Part shown: piece by piece, positions 60,176-64,000 of the stretch
Position numbering within the stretch: the first letter of the stretch is position 1
How the letters are laid out: the number at the start of each line of letters is the position of its first letter
Notes under the pieces: model-generated
What the model saw: only the letters and a program-made list of their open reading frames with translations
Told to the model about the DNA's origin: nothing
The model's database searches: none
Program-made: the position numbers and the translations under genes
Assembly (NCBI GenBank): GCA_016934555.1
Contig: JAFGSS010000088.1
Coordinates: forward strand, 430-64,429
Direction: 5' to 3'
Length of the DNA stretch: 64,000 nucleotides
Source of the DNA: Acidobacteriota bacterium
GTDB taxonomy: Bacteria > Acidobacteriota > UBA6911

Positions 60176-60625
60176 GTGACCGAAACACGCCCCGCACCCT
60201 ACGGATCCCCGGCCGGCTCGAGTTTGACCGAACTCCTCCTCGCGCTGGCCCTGGCCGCGGTCCTGGCCTCCTTCGCCCTGCCAGGCGTCGCGCGTATCGA
60301 GAGGGCGTGGACGCTGTGGGAGAGCGCGAAGGCGGTCGAGGCGTCGCTCTCGTGGGGGCGCATGCGCGCCATCACGGCCAACACCTCGGTCCGGTTCGAC
60401 GTCTCCGCCGAGGGCTACGGCTGGAGCGACCCGGAGAGCGGGGCCCCCTATACGGCATCGCTCCGGGACTTTCCGCGGGGGATCCGGATCACCTCGTCCC
60501 CCTCGCGGGCGCTCCGTTTCCATCCCCGGGGGAACGCGGCGCCCGCAGGATCCTTCGCCGTTGCGGACGGCACCGGCGCCTACCGCATCGTCGTGAGTCC
60601 CGGGGGGCGGATCCGATTCGAGTAG
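60176..60625 (+). CDS. pseudopilin (GspH/FimT-like) with a prepilin-type N-terminal cleavage/methylation motif
   Basis: G|SSLTELLLALALAAVLASFAL motif with Glu at +5. Leader unusually long, ~14 aa. Confidence 0.65.
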   Translation: MTETRPAPYGSPAGSSLTELLLALALAAVLASFALPGVARIERAWTLWESAKAVEASLSWGRMRAITANTSVRFDVSAEGYGWSDPESGAPYTASLRDFPRGIRITSSPSRALRFHPRGNAAPAGSFAVADGTGAYRIVVSPGGRIRFE

Positions 60626-60633
60626 AGCCTGCC

Positions 60634-61695
60634 CTACCCGGAGGGGGCCATGCTTTGAGAGAGTTTCCTGAGAGTTTCGAGACAGGCGAGCGCCCGGCCG
60701 GAGCGGATCGACTCCCGCGCCAGTTCGATCCCCTCACGCAGGCCGGAGGCCTTTTCTCCGACTACCAGCCCGGCGGCCGCGTTGAGCAGGACCACGTCCC
60801 TGCGCGCCCCCTCCGCGCCGGAGAGGAGGGCGCGGATCAACTCCGCGTTCCCGGCCGCGTCCCCCCCCCGGAGGGCGGAGATGGGGGAGCGGGCGATGCC
60901 GAAGTCCTCCGGGGTCACGTAGTAGGTCCGCACCCCGCCCCCCGTCACCTCGGAAATCTTGCTCTCGCCGCTCGTGGTGATCTCGTCCAGGCCGTCGGCG
61001 CCGTGAACCACGAACGCGCGCCGGGTCCCGAGTTCGTACAGGACCTGGGCCATGATTTCCGTGAGGTCCTCGTCGTAAACGCCGAGGACCTGGGCCGTGG
61101 CCCGGGCGGGGTTGCAGATCGGTCCCAGGAGGTTGAAGACGGTCCGGATCTTCATCTCCCGGCGGGCCAGCACGACGTAGCGCATCGCCTCGTGCAGAAG
61201 GGGCGCGTAGAGAAACCCGATCCCCGCCTCGTCGATGCAGCGCGCCACGGCCTCGGCCGGCAGATCGATCCGGATGCCGAGGGCTTCCACCACGTCCGCG
61301 CTGCCGCAGAGGCTGGAGACGCTGCGATTGCCGTGCTTGGCGACCCGGACGCCCGCCCCGGCGACGACGAAGGCGGTGGCCGTGGATATGTTGAACGTGC
61401 CGGTGGCGTCCCCCCCGGTGCCGCAGGTATCGACGAGCATTTCGCGATCGGTGCCCGAAAAGGCGGCGTCGACCATCGACCGGGGGGAGACGCGCGACGC
61501 CTTGTCCCGCATCACCCGGGCGAAACCGATGAGTTCCTCCACGGTCTCGCACTTCATGCGCAGGGCGGTCAAAAACGACGCGATCTGCGCGTGGGTGGCC
61601 CGGCCGGACATGATCTCGTTCATGAGACTCTCGGCCTCGGCACGGCTGAGGTGCCGGCCGCCGACGACCTTCTGTATTCCTTCGGTTATGTGCAT
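60634..61695 (-). CDS. trpD: anthranilate phosphoribosyltransferase
   Basis: Start MHITEGIQKVVGG (ATG 61695). GTGGD and NxxGP motifs (DTCGTGGDATGTFNISTATAFVVAGAG, NLLGPICNPA). Confidence 0.9.
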   Translation of the reverse strand: MHITEGIQKVVGGRHLSRAEAESLMNEIMSGRATHAQIASFLTALRMKCETVEELIGFARVMRDKASRVSPRSMVDAAFSGTDREMLVDTCGTGGDATGTFNISTATAFVVAGAGVRVAKHGNRSVSSLCGSADVVEALGIRIDLPAEAVARCIDEAGIGFLYAPLLHEAMRYVVLARREMKIRTVFNLLGPICNPARATAQVLGVYDEDLTEIMAQVLYELGTRRAFVVHGADGLDEITTSGESKISEVTGGGVRTYYVTPEDFGIARSPISALRGGDAAGNAELIRALLSGAEGARRDVVLLNAAAGLVVGEKASGLREGIELARESIRSGRALACLETLRKLSQSMAPSG

Positions 61696-61838
61696 TTGGA
61701 GGAGTATATCCGGAACGGGCGGGATTTGAAGCAAAAACCGGGGACGAAAACCTTGGGACAACAACCGGCGGAAAAACGGCCAGGAAGGTTTACGGATCGC
61801 GCGGCCGCTGCCGATGAGATAAAGGGACACGTATTCCC

Positions 61839-62312
61839 GTGACTGGATCGGACCGTACCGGGGATTGCAGGGGATTCTGCCTGGCCGAACTGCTCCTGGC
61901 CTTCGGCCTGTTGACCTTCGGCCTGCTGGCGGTCGGACAGCTGCTGGCGGTGACGGCGGCTCTCGGCTGCCTGGACCGATCGAAGGGGACCGCGGCCATT
62001 GCCGCGCAGAGCGCGATGGAGTCGCTTTCCGATCTCTACCGGCGGAACCCTTCGGACGGAACGTTCCCGCCGGGGGTCCAGGGCCCGCGGACGATCGAGA
62101 TCCGCGATCCGTCCAGTGGGACGGCTCTGAATCTGTATCGCATCACCTGGGAAACGGACGCCGTCGGCGATCCGCGCCCGGGAATAAACGTGAGGGCAAA
62201 GAGGGTGACGGTGCACGTGGTACCCATCGGGGAGGGGGGGGAGGTCCGCATCCGCCCGATGTCCTGCCCATCCCTCGATCTCGCAACGGTTTTCGGTCCC
62301 GGGACGCCATGA
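61839..62312 (+). CDS. pseudopilin (GspI/PilV-like) with a prepilin-type N-terminal motif
   Basis: G|FCLAELLLAFGLLTFGLLAV motif. Leader ~12 aa. Confidence 0.6.
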   Translation: MTGSDRTGDCRGFCLAELLLAFGLLTFGLLAVGQLLAVTAALGCLDRSKGTAAIAAQSAMESLSDLYRRNPSDGTFPPGVQGPRTIEIRDPSSGTALNLYRITWETDAVGDPRPGINVRAKRVTVHVVPIGEGGEVRIRPMSCPSLDLATVFGPGTP

Positions 62313-62341
62313 TCGACCCAAGGCCTGACGGCATCCGCGGC

Positions 62342-62923
62342 ATGGGTGAAGAAGGCTTCTCGCTGGCCGAGCTGCTGGTGTGCGCACTGGTGTTTCTCGT
62401 CCTCGGGGCTTCGGTCTTCGCCCTCCTGGGGGAACTCCAGCAGAAAGCGGCCTTTCAGGCCGAAATGCGGTCGCTCATCCAGGACACCCGCCTGGCGCTC
62501 TACACCGTCGAGCGCTTTGCGCGCCAGGCGGGGAACGACCCACTCAGGACCGGGATCGAAGGGGTCACCCTCCGGGGCCCCTCCTCCGTGAGATTCAGAA
62601 CCGATATCAAGGGAGCAGCCGGGGGGGACAAGGGGGACCCCGACGGGGACATGGAAGATTCCGACGAGGATGTGGTCCTGCGGTTCAACCCCTCCGCCGG
62701 CACCCTGGAAATCGTCTCCGGGTCGGGGGCGCCCCAGATTGTGACCGGCCGCATTTCCGATCTGGCGTTCCGGTATTACAATGAGTCTGGTGGGATGGCG
62801 GCCGGGGGGGAGCGGGTATGCAGAATCGGGATCACCCTCCGGGGGACCACCCTGTTTGCCGACCCCCGAACGGGTCGCCACCACGGCGTGGAACTCGAGG
62901 GGGAGGTCCGGGTCAGAACCTGA
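62342..62923 (+). CDS. pseudopilin (GspJ/PilW-like) with a prepilin-type N-terminal motif
   Basis: MGEEG|FSLAELLVCALVFLVLGASVF is a canonical short leader plus F+1/E+5. An alternative ATG at 62309 would overlap the upstream stop (ATGA). Confidence 0.65.
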   Translation: MGEEGFSLAELLVCALVFLVLGASVFALLGELQQKAAFQAEMRSLIQDTRLALYTVERFARQAGNDPLRTGIEGVTLRGPSSVRFRTDIKGAAGGDKGDPDGDMEDSDEDVVLRFNPSAGTLEIVSGSGAPQIVTGRISDLAFRYYNESGGMAAGGERVCRIGITLRGTTLFADPRTGRHHGVELEGEVRVRT

Positions 62924-63009
62924 AGTTTTACATTATTGCTTTAGGTCTATTTAGCTATGTACTATCATTTTTTGGACATGAATCAGGATATCCAAAACGA
63001 GGTGTTCCC
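62924..63009. promoter_or_regulatory. AT-rich island (about 30% GC) upstream of a secreted coiled-coil protein gene
   Basis: The sequence is tgaagttttacattattgctttaggtctatttagctatgtactatcattttttggacatgaatcagg. It contrasts sharply with the ~70% GC background and has several -35/-10-like hexamers. Confidence 0.4.
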
Positions 63010-63558
63010 ATGAGAGTATCCGTTTTTGCCGTCGCACTCTGCCTGGCCCTGGCGGTCGCGCTCCAGGCGCAATCCCTGGGCGATCTCGCCAAAAAGGAAA
63101 AGGAGCGCCGGGAAGCGATCGGACAGGTCCGGGTGATCACGGGCGAGGAAGCGGCCCAGTACTCCACCGGCCAACCCGAGGAGCCGGCCGCCGCCGAGAG
63201 TGCGCCGCCGGCGGAGAAGGAAGCCGCCACGGGGGCCGCCGCCGACCCGGACGAACCGGTCGATTTCGAGGGGCGCCCCGAAAGCTTCTGGCGCAAGACC
63301 ATGGCCGAAGCGCGCCTCGAGGTCAAGGACCTCGAGAGGGAGCGGGACACCCTCATCCTCAAGATCAACCAACTCCAGGATCAATTCTACAAGCAGTCGG
63401 ACGGCTTTCACCGGGAAAGCATTCAGCGGGAATTGCAGAAGAGCTACTACCTGCAGGATCTGAACAAGGAGAACCTGGCAAAAGCCAAAGACGCGCTCGA
63501 GGACCTGGAAAAGGAGGCGCGCAAGAGCGGCGCCCTTCCCGGCTGGATCGGGAATTAG
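63010..63558 (+). CDS. hypothetical secreted coiled-coil protein
   Basis: Signal peptide MRVSVFAVALCLALAVALQAQS, an acidic low-complexity linker, and a C-terminal heptad-repeat region (LEVKDLERERDTLILKINQLQDQF...). Confidence 0.5.
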   Translation: MRVSVFAVALCLALAVALQAQSLGDLAKKEKERREAIGQVRVITGEEAAQYSTGQPEEPAAAESAPPAEKEAATGAAADPDEPVDFEGRPESFWRKTMAEARLEVKDLERERDTLILKINQLQDQFYKQSDGFHRESIQRELQKSYYLQDLNKENLAKAKDALEDLEKEARKSGALPGWIGN

Positions 63559-64000
63559 GCTCCTCGAGCGCGGCTGCGCCCGCGGGGGTTCCGGCCTGGG
63601 GGTCCCCCTCCCCCCGGCCGGAACCCCGTGAGCAGCACCGTGATCCCCCCGCTCACCCTCCGGCATTGCACCCCGTCCAATCCGGTGCGGATGGCCCGTT
63701 CCCTCAGTTCCTCGGCGGGCGGGAACGCCTCCACGCTCCGGGGGAGATAGCCGTAGGCCCCGTCCACCCCCGACACCCATTTCCCGATGCGGGGCAATAC
63801 CTTGAGAAAATAGAACCTGTAGCATCCCGACAGGACCGGCACCCGCGGCATGCCGAAATCGAGCACGGCCAGGACCCCCCCGGGGCGCAGCACCCGCCTC
63901 ATTTCCTCGAGTCCCCGGTCGAGGTCGGCGAGGTTCCGCAGCACGAAGGCGCTGACTACGGCGTCGAACGATCGGTCGCCAAAAGGAAGATGCAGAGCGT
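63555..64000 (-). CDS. class I SAM-dependent methyltransferase, UbiE/MenG-like, C-terminal part; the start lies beyond the window end
   Basis: RRVLRPGGVLAVLDFGMP and the YGYLPRSVEAFPP...GGITVLLTGFR tail resemble the UbiE/MenG C-terminus. The minus-strand ORF is open to position 64000. Confidence 0.65.
   Translation of the reverse strand, partial: ALHLPFGDRSFDAVVSAFVLRNLADLDRGLEEMRRVLRPGGVLAVLDFGMPRVPVLSGCYRFYFLKVLPRIGKWVSGVDGAYGYLPRSVEAFPPAEELRERAIRTGLDGVQCRRVSGGITVLLTGFRPGGGGPPGRNPRGRSRARGA

Overview
This is a 64-kb stretch of a high-GC (~70%) chromosome from a diderm (Gram-negative-type) bacterium. Genes for LPS heptose and lipid A synthesis, TolC, TonB-ExbBD and SecDF-YajC are all present. 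The taxonomic source cannot be fixed from the sequence alone. Almost all of the window is core housekeeping DNA. I found no CRISPR array, transposase or phage gene. Nearly every real gene is mirrored by a long antisense or alternate-frame shadow ORF, which is normal at this GC content.

From start to end the window contains:
- A minus-strand lipid or polyketide-type operon: a FabH-like KAS III gene, a long acyl-CoA dehydrogenase, and a PfaA-like ketosynthase that runs off the window start.
- A divergently transcribed ~1300-aa hybrid sensor kinase with a large periplasmic region of tandem repeats.
- A long co-oriented biosynthetic block, argR-argB-argD-GNAT(argA-like)-argJ-leuA-pheA. It has a candidate ARG box and a candidate leuA promoter plus Leu-rich leader peptide.
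- An LPS inner-core cluster: lpxK, a split hldE, a heptosyltransferase and a DUF3108 protein.
- The RNase P RNA gene rnpB (type A), directly downstream of recA.
- A FabI/FabL-like reductase, rpmB and rel.
- A tonB-exbB-exbD-exbD-TPR operon.
- tgt-yajC-secD-secF, uvrA, a YmdB-like phosphoesterase and zapB-zapA.
- The classical thrS-infC-rpmI-rplT-pheS-pheT operon, preceded by a tRNA-Val(GAC) gene. infC appears to use a non-AUG start, and a terminator/attenuator-like element sits between rplT and pheS.
- ctpA, ruvX and mltG.
- A small accessory-looking block of hypothetical secreted and membrane proteins with an outer-membrane beta-barrel protein, next to a heterodimeric ABC exporter.
- A PIG-L deacetylase translationally coupled to an unknown protein, then tsaE and nnr.
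- An M48 protease, TolC, and a prepilin peptidase with three pseudopilins interrupted by trpD.
- An AT-rich island upstream of a secreted coiled-coil protein, and a partial ubiE/menG-like methyltransferase at the window end.

I could not identify an obvious novel defence or mobile system. The most unusual candidates are the PKS/FabH/ACAD lipid locus together with its divergent giant sensor kinase, the hypothetical-protein and ABC exporter block, and the PIG-L plus unknown-protein pair.
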